A stretch of DNA of 64,000 nt from Phallusia mammillata (Eukaryota), in NCBI GenBank assembly GCA_965637545.1, contig OZ281500.1, forward strand, positions 20,522,001 to 20,586,000, written 5' to 3'. Made by a program: the position numbers and the translations under genes. Position 1 is the stretch's first letter; each line of letters opens with the position of its first letter. Under the pieces are notes generated by a model that saw only the letters and a list, made by a program, of their open reading frames with translations, was not told the DNA's origin and ran no database searches. Shown in pieces: positions 37,601 to 52,417 of the stretch.

Positions 37601-40600
37601 AGAAAAAATAAGCTTTCAAATATAGTCATGCATTCTCACATTTTGTCAAGTGCTACTACATCACAGAAAGTTTGTACTTTAAATTGCAAATATTTCATGG
37701 CATACTTGGACATTTTTAATAGCACAGTAGTCTGCCATGGCACGCTTTAAGGTGTTAAGAAAGGCTAATTTGTAACATTACATTTTTTTATTAAAGTTTC
37801 ATGTACTTTGATGGAAACAGTTCACAAAATCAAAAAATTAAGAACCAATACATCAATATAATACAAACAAATTCATTATGGGACTGCAGAAACAATATAT
37901 CTCCTCAAGCATTTTGTTTCCTGTGGTATTATTATAATGAAGATAAAGGTTTGATACCGAAAGCAACAAAAGTGCTTCACCAATATACCAAAGCCTATTT
38001 GATGTGTTTGGCCTAATATAGGTTTGATCAGTTGCCTCATTGTAATACATGCTGGTGACCTAATCAAGACCTGCACCAGGCGGGTTATGCTGCTCTGCAA
38101 CCTTTCATTACACAAGCCCTGTTGTTGACACAGGGGAATTTCAAGCAACAGCAACTATGTGTGGTAAATTAAGCAAAGGTAACATCACCAGAATCAACAA
38201 ACTTAAGTATACCATGTTCAAAACAAGGATTTACTGACATGCTGATAAATTCATTTTAACCATGGGGATACAGCCATATTTTACAAAAATGCAAGATGGC
38301 GAATGTAAAAATAAACTGAACTTATTGTGATGGCAGTAAAGGAACACGGAACAACAAGAATCATTTAAGAAGCCATTTATTACACACAACATGCATTGTT
38401 TGCAATAATGATCAGCGATTTACTGGCAAACGATTGTGTGTTTGGCGTCATAAACAAGGCACTAGGTTGCAACTTTAGAGCCGTTTTGTTGCCACACCAC
38501 CAGTAAGTTTGGTCAAACGAAAAATCGTTTTTGCTTTTTTCATGATTTTACAACTTTTTTTTGTACAAAAATAAGCAAAACGTCTACAGTGCCTATGGTT
38601 ACAGTGGCAGTTTCTAGCTTGGTTAAACAATGACGTGTCTAAACAAGCTACCAAGGAACATGGCATTGAACAAAAAGAATGACAAAAGACAGCGAAACGT
38701 TTGGACCTAAAATTTGAACTCCCTCTTCATTAAAAAAACAACACTTGTCAAGCCTGTTACAGGTAAAGAAGCACCTTGCTAGCACAAGAACAACATGATC
38801 AAAAAACCCCGAAATTGTTTTTATTTATATTGTTTAAACACAGATGCTAGGAAATCCATAGAGATTTTCACACACAAGCCCATGTTTGGTATTATGTAAT
38901 GGTGGCACAGCAAGCTAATGATTAACACCTAAGTGCATTTTATGTATGGTGGCTTCGCTGAACAAATACACAATGGAATTTAATAAACAAGTGCCAGTAA
39001 AGAGCATGAAGCAATCGAATACCTGCTGGCCAGTTTTCAAAAACATGCCTCGCGATATCAGATGCTGAATCACTGGGGTTAAAGTAAAAGGTTTGATACT
39101 GTCCGCTCACACGCAGCAACTTCAGGGCAATCTGTATGTAATAATACCATGTTATTATTTTGTTATTAAGTAAATCTTTACTTTTTGACACTGAAGTCCA
39201 TCGGACATTTATTATAGGTTTTAAATAATATATACAGTATGTGAATGTAAAACTTTCAGATGATTTACAAGTTTAAACACAAAAACCCAAGTCATTGAGA
39301 AATTTAGATATTTTTTAATCATACAGTATGTGAATGTAAAGCAACCAATTAAATATCAAAAGGTTAAACAAAAATCACTTTAAGTTCAAAACCTATGGAA
39401 ATATATGTGTTTCATTACACAACATCAAAGGTAAAGACTGGCAAAAAGTACAATACCAGGCTACGGTGACTCGCTAACAAAAGCTGTAATTCCCCAATGT
39501 TAACAAATGACCCATTTAACTACACTTTTCATCCATTTTCAGATTATTTTATGACCTATAGAGCAGACATGGGGTCGAATACATGCGTCCTGTATTCGAA
39601 TACTTTACGAATACCTGCATGACTGTATTCGAATTCATGAATACTTTGGTAATTTTTGAGTGACAGCAATTCGAATGGTATTCGAATAAAACGAGTCAAG
39701 TATTTGTATTCATGAATTGTTGAACAAACGATAATTCGAATTGTATTCGTAAAAATGTAGTCATGTATTTGATTTTACGTATAGGCTATTACGTTGCCAA
39801 AGGCTGACAACAATTCGAATTGTATTCGTAAAAATGTAGTCATGTATTCGATTTTGCGAATTGTTACGTAGCCACAGGCTGACAACAATTCGAATGGTAT
39901 TCGTACAAATGTGGTCATGTATTCGATTTTACGAATTGTTACCTTGCCAAAGGCCGACAACAATTCGAATTGTATTCGTAAAAAATATCGTGTATTCGAT
40001 TTTGCAAATTCTTAGGTTGGCAAAAACCTACAACAATTCGAATTGTATTCGAATAAATTTACTCAAGTTTTGTATTCATGAATTGTTGGTTCAAAAGTTA
40101 ACTTCAACTATTCGAATCGTATTCATGCACTATCGAACGAAAGCCAAAATCATTCGAATACAGCACGAAGGTGCCAAAACCTGTATTCGAATACGAATGG
40201 CCCCATGTCTGCTATAGACTAGTGAAACAAATTAGCAACATTTAGTACATGGAAAAACTGTGAAACTGAAATTATTTGTTACGTTTTACAAGCCTAGTGC
40301 AAAACTCGAGTTTTACTCGTGCCACCAAATGAGCTGACTATGCTTTCCTACATGGCACTTCAGGCAATTTTTAACAAACTTTTTTTCACAAGCACTGCGG
40401 AGATTTGCATTCCTTACATATTTTAACAGTTTGCATCACTCAGCATAAAAATTTAGCCTATTCAGTCTCAGTCCAGTGTTGCAATTATTGATTAGTTTTA
40501 ATGAAAATGTAAAGGGAGAGCATTTGAAGTGACAAAACCAACCAAAAGTATATATAACTACCTTATCCTTTTTAATAACTGGAGTGTTGTTGCCTGGGGG

Positions 40601-40630
40601 AACAGATTCAGAAGAGGTATTGTCAGTCAT
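34631..40630 (-). CDS. UBL3: Ubiquitin-like protein 3 (membrane-anchored Ub-fold, CAAX)
   Basis: Exons 40562-40630, 39023-39131, 36653-36739, 34958-35035, 34631-34692. Motifs SDSASDIARHVFENWP, LRLIYQGRFLHGNATLG, TVMHLVCRETLPEP; C-terminus CQLCCCIL. Confidence 0.95.
36201..36601. mobile_element. Tc1/mariner (pogo/Tigger-like) MITE in a UBL3 intron
   Basis: Imperfect TIR TACTGTATTTATACGATTGTAAGCC...GGCTTACAGTCAAGTAGATATGGTA. Repeated GGCGGCTTAC-like subterminal motifs. Confidence 0.6.
39564..40211. mobile_element. Non-autonomous hAT element, 648 bp, with internal ~63-bp ATTCGAAT-rich tandem repeats
   Basis: TIR CAGACATGGGG...CCCCATGTCTG. 8-bp TSD ctatagag/ctatagac. Confidence 0.85.
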
Positions 40631-41607
40631 ATTCACAAGTAATCTAGAAAAAGAAGGTACAACTGTAAAAATAGATATATACTGGTGAATTTTGGTGCGT
40701 ATTGTCTTGCAAAGATGAAAGTTGTAATGAGACAGGTGGTCAATCTCATTATGACATGAACAGGTGCTGTTCTGCACATCCAGATTTAACACTCACAAAA
40801 ATCTTGTTTAAAACCGAAACAGCAATTTTAATGCCTACACTTAATTTGCTTACGGCCTCCATGTAACCTGCAGTAACATAAATCTATTTAATACTATCAA
40901 TTTGTTAAAATATTTTTAGGACACTTATGGAACAATAAAAGAATTAAATATTATATACCTTCAATTTTTATGCCAAATTTCCAGTTCGGATAAGGCCTTT
41001 AACAATAAAATCCCATCCGAAAATTTTGCAATGCTCAAACCTATATAACGGTATGTTCCTCTGGTTCACCTAATACTATAGATGCTACAAATATGCAAAA
41101 AAAGGTTAAAATTGCTCTGGGAGACATTTTACTGGCGATCAAGCAAGATATGTTCATTAAAGTTGCGCTTTTTTCGCCAAGTATAACATTCTCTTAGTTA
41201 TACACAAGTGACTGTTAATTTATGAAATTTTGTTATATCGGACAGAAGAGATTTCTACCTTGGACAAATGTGTAGTCCTAAATATGTTCTGAAAAAGCTG
41301 TTTTTTATTGCTATTCAAATCTTAAAGTGGTTGGTTTGATTATAGAAAATCACAACCAGTCAATTCCAGTTTAAAAGCTGTCAAATGTCTCAATAATGAT
41401 TTAATGAGTCTAAACACACAGAAAATTGAAAACGGGTTCAAATGCATATTTTTGTGATTATTTGTAAAACTACTGAGACTGACATAAGAACTCCAAATGC
41501 TGTACAGGCGTTTTCGTCCACCAGGTTGCATATTTAACAAAAATGTCGTTCAACTGGTGTTAATGTTAAACAAAAATACTAGTTGTTTCTATCCATAACT
41601 TGTATTT

Positions 41608-41653
41608 TCGCTGACGTTTCGTCCACCAGAACGGTAGGACTTCTTCAGAGCAA
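41608..41653 (-). ncRNA. Minimal type-I hammerhead ribozyme, Penelope-like, inside a 31-bp inverted repeat
   Basis: Minus strand: TTGCT-CTGAAGA-A-GTCC.TACCG-TTC-TGGT.GGAC-GAAAC-GTC-AGCGA. Stems I and II pair; stem III is the palindrome ACGU. Flanking perfect IR at 41531-41561/41673-41703. Confidence 0.75.
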
Positions 41654-43420
41654 TGAATGACGAATGCAAGCAAACACCAGTTGAACGACATTTTTGTTAA
41701 ATAAGAACTCCACACAGATACAGTAAGAATGGGGTTATTTTGTGTATTTTGGCCAGACAGAATTTGTTTTTGCTACACAACATGTAAATATTCCTCAAAA
41801 AATTACTGAATATTAAGCATTATTTTTTTCTCATTACACATGAAAAGGTTATATCTGGACAATTAAAACCAAGCAAACTTAGCATATAATATCCTTAGAT
41901 CCATCTTTACAATACTTTCAATGGGGATTTTGTGAACGTGAAGAATTTCCTACAGATGCTGCAAACATATTTTCCCAACAAAACCTTAATTTGACCCAAA
42001 ACAAGGCGCCACAATAAAAACTTTTTCTGTTTTTACTGCCCCTTGTCGAAAAACCTCAAAGTGTGTTACACAGAACTTTCAACAAAGTTTATGTCCATTG
42101 TTGTTTTTTAACTTTTAAAAAATTGGTTGATCACTAAATGTAAATAAAGCTTAATTTTAACTACAGCAAAACTTTATGAACATTTATACATCTCAAACAA
42201 TAAAGGGTAAGAGAAAATGCTGTTTGATGGCTTACAAATATCTTGACAAAAAAACCAACCAATTTAACAAAAATCGAAGGGGCAAAAACGTATATTTCAT
42301 TCTCTGTTTATAATTTACTGAAACAGCTGCCCAAATCGAAAACTGCCTACGCACGAAACTAAACCTCATTGATTGATAAAGGTATACACAACACAACTCG
42401 CAAATCCAAAACAGGAAAAGAAAGGAATCGATTCGTTGTCATATCGTATGAGTGCAGCGTAAAATTAAACAAAAATGAAGTGACGATTCTTCTGATTAAA
42501 TTTGAATTACGTAATCACATTTTAAACTTATGGACAATATTTTACACAGTTCAAACAATTTACAAAATTTAAATCTTGCGAGTTCACATGCAAATTCGTT
42601 TGATATTTGTTTGTTTCAATCAAAAAATGCCAATTTCAGGTCATGGACCACCAGCCCTATTAAAAGGATATCGTGGCGTTTTGTTCTGCCTGTAAGCAAA
42701 ACGTACACAACAAGAATTATTGCAAATTATATTTCTTTACAACACAATTTCGGGATTTACATAAATGATTTTATGCATACGTTATTTATTCAGTTGATCA
42801 CCAAATATAGTGGATCGCGCGAACCACTCGAAAAGCCATCATGGCCCACTTGTTGAGAACCACGGTCCAAGTGTAACCGAAAGAAGCTGCTTAGGCTAGT
42901 GAATTGCACATAGTTTGTTTTAAAAATGCCTGTTTATGTACTAAGAACTTTTTTTAAACTTGGCGAATCAGTCAGTGACGATGCACCTACATCTTCAACA
43001 AAAATTCTTTCAGACCGGAATTGTGCTTCTGAATTTACGACTGCGTTGAGTAATTCACTTGGTTTGTTACGACTAATTTCTCCTGTATACTTTCTAGATT
43101 CAAGTTAATTCGCAATGACAGTTTGCAGACTTACTACATTTGCGCAAAATACCGGTACTTTTGATATTCTGCTTGTTACCAGAGACTCCTTTTTTGCCTA
43201 AACAACACCTTTACAACTGAATTTACTAATTAAAACTGCATATAGCGGAGACAAACTCAATTTACATTTCACCATTGCCAATACCATGTAAATGCGATGC
43301 TTTGAGGCATGTTTTCATTGCCCTAATCTGCATTACATCTGTGATTAAGCAGCTGGAAGAAAACTTGACGACATTGTTCGGTTCGCGACGTTTTAAATTT
43401 ATTGTAGGGGCCTGATGCGG

Positions 43421-45624
<2,204 letters not shown>

Positions 45625-46250
45625 GGTGCACTAAAATAACAAAACATAAATGTCAAGCAATTTTGAACAAAAGTAGCAAACTTTGTGGCAAAATAAAGTT
45701 CAAACAAATATATCTTGATTTTTGTAAAAACTCCTAATCTAATAACACTGGTACACAAACATAATTTTATGAGCATTGTCCTTTCCAACTCATTTCTAGA
45801 TTTTATCAATGTGTAATGCATACTTAAAACAATTTAAATCTTTACTGCAAAATAATAAATAGGGTCCTTCCAAGTGTTTTATTGACAAAACAGTCCAATA
45901 CTAATTTTTTAGCATATTAAGCACTAGCCATACAAATTACAAACTCAATGAAAAAATGCGCATGGTTCGGTCAAGTTCTGCATGTTGCAGTAACTATTGT
46001 AATTTCTTGAAAAACTTGCAGATAAAGTGAGAATATACCAATCCTCCTTAGCATCTTTTACTTAACTGTTGGTTCGGCCTACTGATTAAATGACAACATT
46101 TACACGGTTAACAGCACACTTTACTGCACTAAATCAATGTAAGCCTAACTGAATAACTTTAAACTGATTTGAAAACTTCGTACTGTACCAATCTGGCTGA
46201 AATTAGCTGATTTTCGCAGATATTTTACCTTAACAAAAATCTTTACTTAC

Positions 46251-46275
46251 CAGCAGCGGTGATCAAGTAAAAAGG
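46251..46275 (-). promoter_or_regulatory. RPS14: RPS14 non-coding first exon with 5'TOP
   Basis: CCTTTTTACTTGATCACCGCTGCTG followed by a GTAAGT donor; pyrimidine start typical of ribosomal protein mRNAs. Confidence 0.7.
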
Positions 46276-46698
46276 CAGCATGAATTTCGCATGGTATCCT
46301 GCTTGACAAAACATTCGCACAGCGCCACTTGCTGGCTAATATATATTCACAACACGCTGTCAGTTGTTTTCAATATCATTTTTGCTCTATTGTGGTGAGA
46401 TAACTTTTACAAAATTAAAGTCATTTTTAATATTTGATCAGCTTTTTACTAGCAAAAGTGATGGACTTGCGTGATAATCTCATACTATTTGGAAGAGAGC
46501 AAATACTTTTTTGGGAGGGAGGCATTTTTGTTTTTTTGTATTGCCTTCTAACTAACCAACAATTGGCACATTTTATAAATAGGCCAATACACGATTATAA
46601 CACCGCTATATCTTTTTTAAGAAGTATAGTTTCCGACAAGGGAAGTTCTCTTTCCATTTAATCGACAAAGTGACATTTTAAGACACGTGTAGCCGCTG

Positions 46699-47387
46699 CT
46701 GCCTCGATGACGACTTGTTAAAGGCGGCTACAATGTAAACTATGATGTTCATTGCAAATTGTTTGGTGAGTCGGATCTTTGCATCTCAATAACAGCTGAC
46801 TGATTAACAGCCACACATATGTCTCTTCTTTCTTTGTATTCTTGAATAACGTTAAAGGCGAACGTTCAAATCAGCTACACATCCACATGGGATAAAAATA
46901 GAAGACTCAAAAATAGTCTAAGAATAGACCCAGAATAGACCAAAAATAGACCGGCGACAAAGTCGAAAATAAGTTATATATAGTAGAGCAAAATATTGGC
47001 TATTGCGTGAAACCTTTTTTCCTTTAAGTTATAGAATTCATTTTATGGCAAAGGTGCAATTTATAAAGTCATAGCGCCCTCGACCGAGCTGCTATGCTTC
47101 TTCTCAAGTACTAGCGGCTGTGTTCTACTTTAAACTTGAAACGGAAACGACAGTATAAACAAGAGGAAGTATGCGTAATGATGAACAAACACCTGTCTGT
47201 GCAGAACATTCTAGAATAACAAAATGACTCAAAATATCTAATGACTTGCATGAGAACGGAAATACCAACACTTACATCCAGTTATAAAGAGGTTAAACAC
47301 TTCCCCTACATGCTGTGCAACATTATTGCAAACAACATGGTAACGTTAAACATAAACTTTGTTCACATTAATATCATGACCGCTACA
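46699..47387. repeat. ~690-bp direct duplication, copy 1
   Basis: Near-identical to 49351-50031; has one extra ~10-bp AATAGACC unit. Confidence 0.92.
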
Positions 47388-48295
47388 AAAGCTCCCCCCC
47401 AAAAGGGTGTTAAATGTGTTTGAATGAAAAACACATTTCGAAATCCTACAAAATTTGCGTGCGACACTTTACAAGCGACAAAAAAACACTAAAACGCTGG
47501 GTGACGATGGAACGAAACAATTACTTTGCGTTGCAATGATAAATAATGTCATAAATTCTTGTCAAATATGGGTATTGACTCTGCAATTCTTGTAGTAGAT
47601 ATGGTAGCAGGAGCGAAACAGCAATCAATATAACAGTGAATATGTCGACAATCATAACGTATGCAAATATGGACTAGCAAAAATGGTTAAAAACAGGGAC
47701 ACTGTTACTTTTTTTTCTCTTCTTTTTTTGTATGTATATATACAACGTAAATATGACAATATACAAAAATGTAAGTTGCGCTATTGCCTCAACCACGAAT
47801 TTTCAAATTGAAAGTTTACATTAACATTACGTTCAAAAAGTATGATACAATATATACATATTTTGGGTAGCGAGATAATAGGGAAAATTCTGCACTTGAC
47901 TAATAATGGCGAAATGGTTCAAAAACGACATGCAAAATAATTTAATTGTTGGATGTAAAAAGTTAGTGCTATGCAATAAGATATATATTGACTCTTCCCT
48001 AAAATATTGGAAGCTAATCTTAACAGAAACGATGTGTGAAGTGAAGTAAGATTATATGTGAACAAGGGTAATGTTGGCGTTAATCTATTTACGAGTAAGG
48101 GGCTGGCTAAAATGTTAACGCCGTGTGAAAAGCTCAGTTTGCTGATTGTCGGCAAATTGCTTCCTGTTGATCTTGTTGTTGTTTGACGTCTGAGTTCATC
48201 TGTTTTTGTACTGTCACGTGTGTGATGACGTGGCCAGTAAAAAAGGTGGTTAATAGCACTGCAAAACTAGTCATGGATATGACGATTGCAAATAA

Positions 48296-48754
48296 TTAAG
48301 TTGGTTCCAATTGTTGCACGTTGTTACCCACTTGAGAGAAAGTATCGTTCGCTCGTGCTGGCTCATAATTTTGTAGGCTTGTAAATAGTAGGAGCTCGTG
48401 GCTCGAAATGTCTGTTTGTAGAGTTGTGAATAGTTGGAGCTCGTGGCTCGAAATGTCTGTTTGTAGACTCGTGAACAGATGGAGCTCGATACTCAAAGTG
48501 GTATGCACCATGCAGACAAATATGGCGTAGAACGACGTCGTGTTTCGGTTAGGATGCTTGTTTTCTTGGGTTTGGGAAATTGTCCCCAGCGTAACTGAGC
48601 TCACTTGTTTTTGACAGGTTGGTCGTTTACATGTAATATTTGAGTGAGGAAAATGTGTGATCTTATTAAACAGCTCAAGCCAGGGAGTCAATACATATCC
48701 TGCAGCGTTGGTAGCAAAACGAGAACGTTTCCGGCTTGACAAAACCGTTGACAT
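48296..48754 (-). CDS. Orphan ORF (152 aa from ATG) containing a 45-bp tandem repeat
   Basis: Open frame MSTVLSSRKRSRF...; repeat ELxLFT(S/T)LQTDISSH. No recognisable family. Confidence 0.25.
   Translation of the reverse strand: MSTVLSSRKRSRFATNAAGYVLTPWLELFNKITHFPHSNITCKRPTCQKQVSSVTLGTISQTQENKHPNRNTTSFYAIFVCMVHTTLSIELHLFTSLQTDISSHELQLFTTLQTDISSHELLLFTSLQNYEPARANDTFSQVGNNVQQLEPT
48372..48488. repeat. 45-bp minisatellite, ~2.6 copies
   Basis: ggagctcg at 48391, 48436 and 48481. Confidence 0.9.
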
Positions 48755-48990
48755 GAAACGTGAAACATAAATTGACGGTGAAAAACACCGAAGCACACGT
48801 TTACAGTTTGACACTAGCAAAAAATTATATCAATTTTTACTGAATTGTAAGTTATATACACGCACACAGCTTAACATGCAACATACATCGATGAATAAAC
48901 ATAACTAATTTATCTTGAAAAGTGTTACTAAGCGAATAAAATATATATTTTACAACACAGAAAATTGTCAAGTGCAGATTTCACACGAAC

Positions 48991-49404
48991 TTACTTAACA
49001 GAGGAAAAGATGTCAGTCGGAGCGACCGCGTGAATTTCATTTCCGTGACCTTGGTAGTCGATTTCTTCCTCCTCTTTTGTTTCTGATTCCATTGGGATGT
49101 CAGTGGCGTTGCACATAACTAAAATGTCTGGTTGTGCTCGAAAAGTCTCTGGCAAGTTCGGTCGAGCGTCAGGGCAATCTGTGAGTAACCCTTGTCCAAA
49201 TGACGACTTGTTCGAACCGTTCGGGGCATCACTTTGAACGTGCTGTCCGAACCTTGCTCGTAAAGTACCAATTTGAAGTGACATCTGCCTGCGCTGGAAG
49301 CGAGTTCGGAAGGTCTGTAGCAACTCGTGGGCACCACTTTGTAGCAGCACCTGCCTCGATGACGACTTGTTAAAGGCGGCTACAATGTAAACTATGATGT
49401 TCAT
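48991..49404 (-). CDS. Orphan ORF, 137 aa, starting inside the duplicated block
   Basis: ATG-to-TAA frame MNIIVYIVAAFNKSSSRQVLLQSGAHELLQ... with an acidic tail; locally GC-richer. No confident family. Confidence 0.35.
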   Translation of the reverse strand: MNIIVYIVAAFNKSSSRQVLLQSGAHELLQTFRTRFQRRQMSLQIGTLRARFGQHVQSDAPNGSNKSSFGQGLLTDCPDARPNLPETFRAQPDILVMCNATDIPMESETKEEEEIDYQGHGNEIHAVAPTDIFSSVK

Positions 49405-50031
49405 TGCAAATTGTTTGGTGAGTCTGATCTTTGCATCTCAATAACAGCTGACTGATTAACAGCCACGCATATGTCTTTTCTTTCTTTGTATTCTTGAATA
49501 ACGTTAAAGGCGAACGTTCAAATCAGCTACACATCCACATGGGATAAAAATAGAAGACTCAAAAATAGTCTAAGAATAGACCAAAAATAGACCGGCGACA
49601 AAGTCGAAAATAAGTTATATATAGTAGAGCAAAATATTGGCTATTGCGTGAAACCTTTTTTCTTTTAAGTTATAGAATTCATTTTATGACAAAGGTGCAA
49701 TTTATAAAGTCATAGCGCCCTCGACCGAGCTGCTATGCTTCTTCTCAAGTACTAGCGGCTGTGTTCTACTTTAAACTTGAAACGGAAACGACAGTATAAA
49801 CAAGAGGAAGTATGCGTAATGATGAACAAACACCTTATGTTTGTGCAGAACATTCTAGAATAACAAAATGACTCAAAATATGTTATGACTTGCATGAGAA
49901 CGGAAATACCAACACTTACATCCAATTATAAAGAGGTTAAACACTTCCCCTACATGCTGTGCAACATTATTGCAAACAACATGCTAACGTTAAACATAAA
50001 CTTTGTGCACATTAATATCATGACCGCTACA
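49351..50031. repeat. ~680-bp direct duplication, copy 2
   Basis: Near-identical to 46699-47387. Confidence 0.92.
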
Positions 50032-50320
50032 CACGTGACAAAACTATATCTTACTCGCTAATTCGAAAACAAACCTAAAAGGTTTTGTATAGTATACAAG
50101 ATTTTATTAATGACAAAAAACAAGACAACTCAAAACAAATTCGCGACACCTACAAAGCAACTCAATGAAAGTACAAATCGGTTGTAACGCAGCTTCAAAT
50201 TAAACAAACAACTTTTGCAGTTGGTCCATTGTAACCAACGTACGGGCAGCATGTAGCTACTGTAACAGACGATACGCGTCAAAAACTGGATAAATACACT
50301 GAAGCATTTTGTTTCCTTCG

Positions 50321-51405
50321 CTACAACTCCAAATGATGCATCTCGTCACTGATGACGTCAAAGGATGATGACGAATCGACTGACGTCACAGAAGTGGTGG
50401 AAAAATTGGAATCAGTTTTCACTGCAGGAAAGATTCAAATTAAAACCTAACGTTACATTTAATTTGGCTAATGAAGTTTGCGCTGTCAAGTTACCTAATT
50501 TCCGACCAGTAGATCTTCGCTTTAGCGGTGGCGCAGTAGCTCCAGGTATCTCTGGCAGTCCAGAGGGTGGCGTTAGAGACAACGGAGACTGGCGACATTC
50601 AAGGAGAAAATCTCGTTCGTATGTTATCCTGTGCGTTCCTAAACAATTCATAAAAAACTAATTACCAAAAACAATTAAATTTTATAAGGCCACAATCCAT
50701 GCCACACAAAAGTGCATAATTAAGGAAAAAGGAAATCGCCTGAATGAGCTGTCTGTTTTATTACAAATTTGTTAAATCATTTTTTTCGCACTTGGGCAGT
50801 TGGTAACCTCAATTTTATTCCAACTATCGAGAACCACTGAGTTGGAGTATTGGCGCTAACACACACAAGCGACCGAGAAAGGATTAAAACCGGCAACAAT
50901 GTAAACACAAAACCACTCGGCCATTTGATGAGTATCTGTAGCCTACCCTTTCAAACAAAAGCAAAACATTTGCTTAAAATTGAATCGCACCTCCAGGAGA
51001 CAATCCAGTTGCCCCGCTGGCACTGCTGACCCGTGTCACTTGCTTCTTTGACCTGTGCAAGTGTCTGTGATGATTTTTTGTTGCTGGAATTGATACCGGA
51101 GCTGAAGTAGTTCTTCCGAGAGCTTTATGCCGACGTACTTTGGGAGAGACAGCTAAAATACAAAAAACTAACTTGAAACATTTATTCCCAACCAACGCAA
51201 AGACAAATTGTAAGCACTGTCTTATACTTTTGTCATGATTTTTGCTGTTAATATTAATAGCTTCGCTTTTTGGTCGCGCAGTAGGTTTGGGTGGAGAATG
51301 CTTCAACACCTCGTTATATTTCCGAACTGCACATTCCGTTGACTTTATATCAACTGCTGGAAGAACCGATTTTCTATCCAAAGCTGCTGGTGTTAATGTC
51401 TTCAT
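50321..51405 (-). CDS. EIF4EBP: eIF4E-binding protein-like (4E-BP), atypical
   Basis: Predicted exons 51228-51405, 50991-51152, 50495-50638, 50321-50421. [38 protein letters not shown] contains the YXXXXL-phi motif and matches the 4E-BP core. Terminal exons are less certain. Confidence 0.85.
50810..50923 (-). mobile_element. Decayed tRNA-derived SINE remnant in a 4E-BP intron
   Basis: A-box-like TGGCCGAGTGGTT and degenerate B-box GGTTTTAATCC; no cloverleaf. Confidence 0.3.
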
Positions 51406-52417
51406 TTCGGCTTTGCAAACAATTTTTAAACCTGTTTTTCAATTGAGTTTCTGCAAAAATCTGTCCTATTAAGTGTGTTGTCTAATTATGCTACACTGTG
51501 GCAGTCTGTTTATTATATACCAGGACTAAACCAACAGATGCGCTCACTGTAGTAGGATACTTGTTACGAGACACGTCTCGAATATTCGTAATCATCACGC
51601 GCCAATGACGTGCGACGGCAGCAGCGTATAAGACGTATGTTATCTTTGCCCTACTGCCATACAATATTTCTCCTAGATAGTTTTCAGCTATAGTATCATT
51701 TGTTTTTCTGCACTTATAACACACACTTATTACGAATGCAAAATCTAGCATTTTGAACTGTTTTTCTACCTATCAACAATATTTGCTTATAGCCTATACT
51801 GTGCGTCAGTGTGTTTCAAACGTTCAAATTTCTTTATTGTTTACTTCTCACGCTGGAGCCTTCCAATACGAAGCAGCGAGTCATCTTTCGAACGACTTGT
51901 TTTTTTCCACCAGCATGGGAATTTACACATCTGGCTAGGTTGGAGCAAAGTTCGCTCATAAACTGAATACTGAACTGTAGTGCCCATGTACACATTGAGT
52001 ATATATGTTTGCTGTTAGCAACAAATGTTCATTTAACCGAGTAGCCTACGTGTTTGTTACATGTAGTTTGAGATGACGCCAATCCACTGTTTTGAGAAAA
52101 TGGTTCGACACAAATACAAGACAAATTTCAAATACCGCACCCTATAAAAAATATGTTGTTGTTTTTCATGCATTATACAAAAAGCTGTAATATTTTGTAC
52201 CATGATGCACATTTTATAACTTACCAAACTACAAATGGCTACGCTAAGATTTTAAACGATATGAATGGAATAACGCAAATCAGTTTATGATGCTGTTACG
52301 TGCATTTTTTAAAATTTTAAAGCGTGGCAAATGAAATATTTAATTGAACTGAATACGGCTTGTATAAAGTATCTTGCAGCATTAATAAAGTAGTTATAAT
52401 AGACTAGACGTATATAC

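Noticed and set aside
50810-50923. tRNA gene
   Set aside because: Only degenerate A/B boxes and no cloverleaf; treated as a SINE remnant.
51153-51227. ORF track reads through a hydrophobic segment in 4E-BP
   Set aside because: It is a 75-nt GT-AG intron that happens to be in frame and stop-free.
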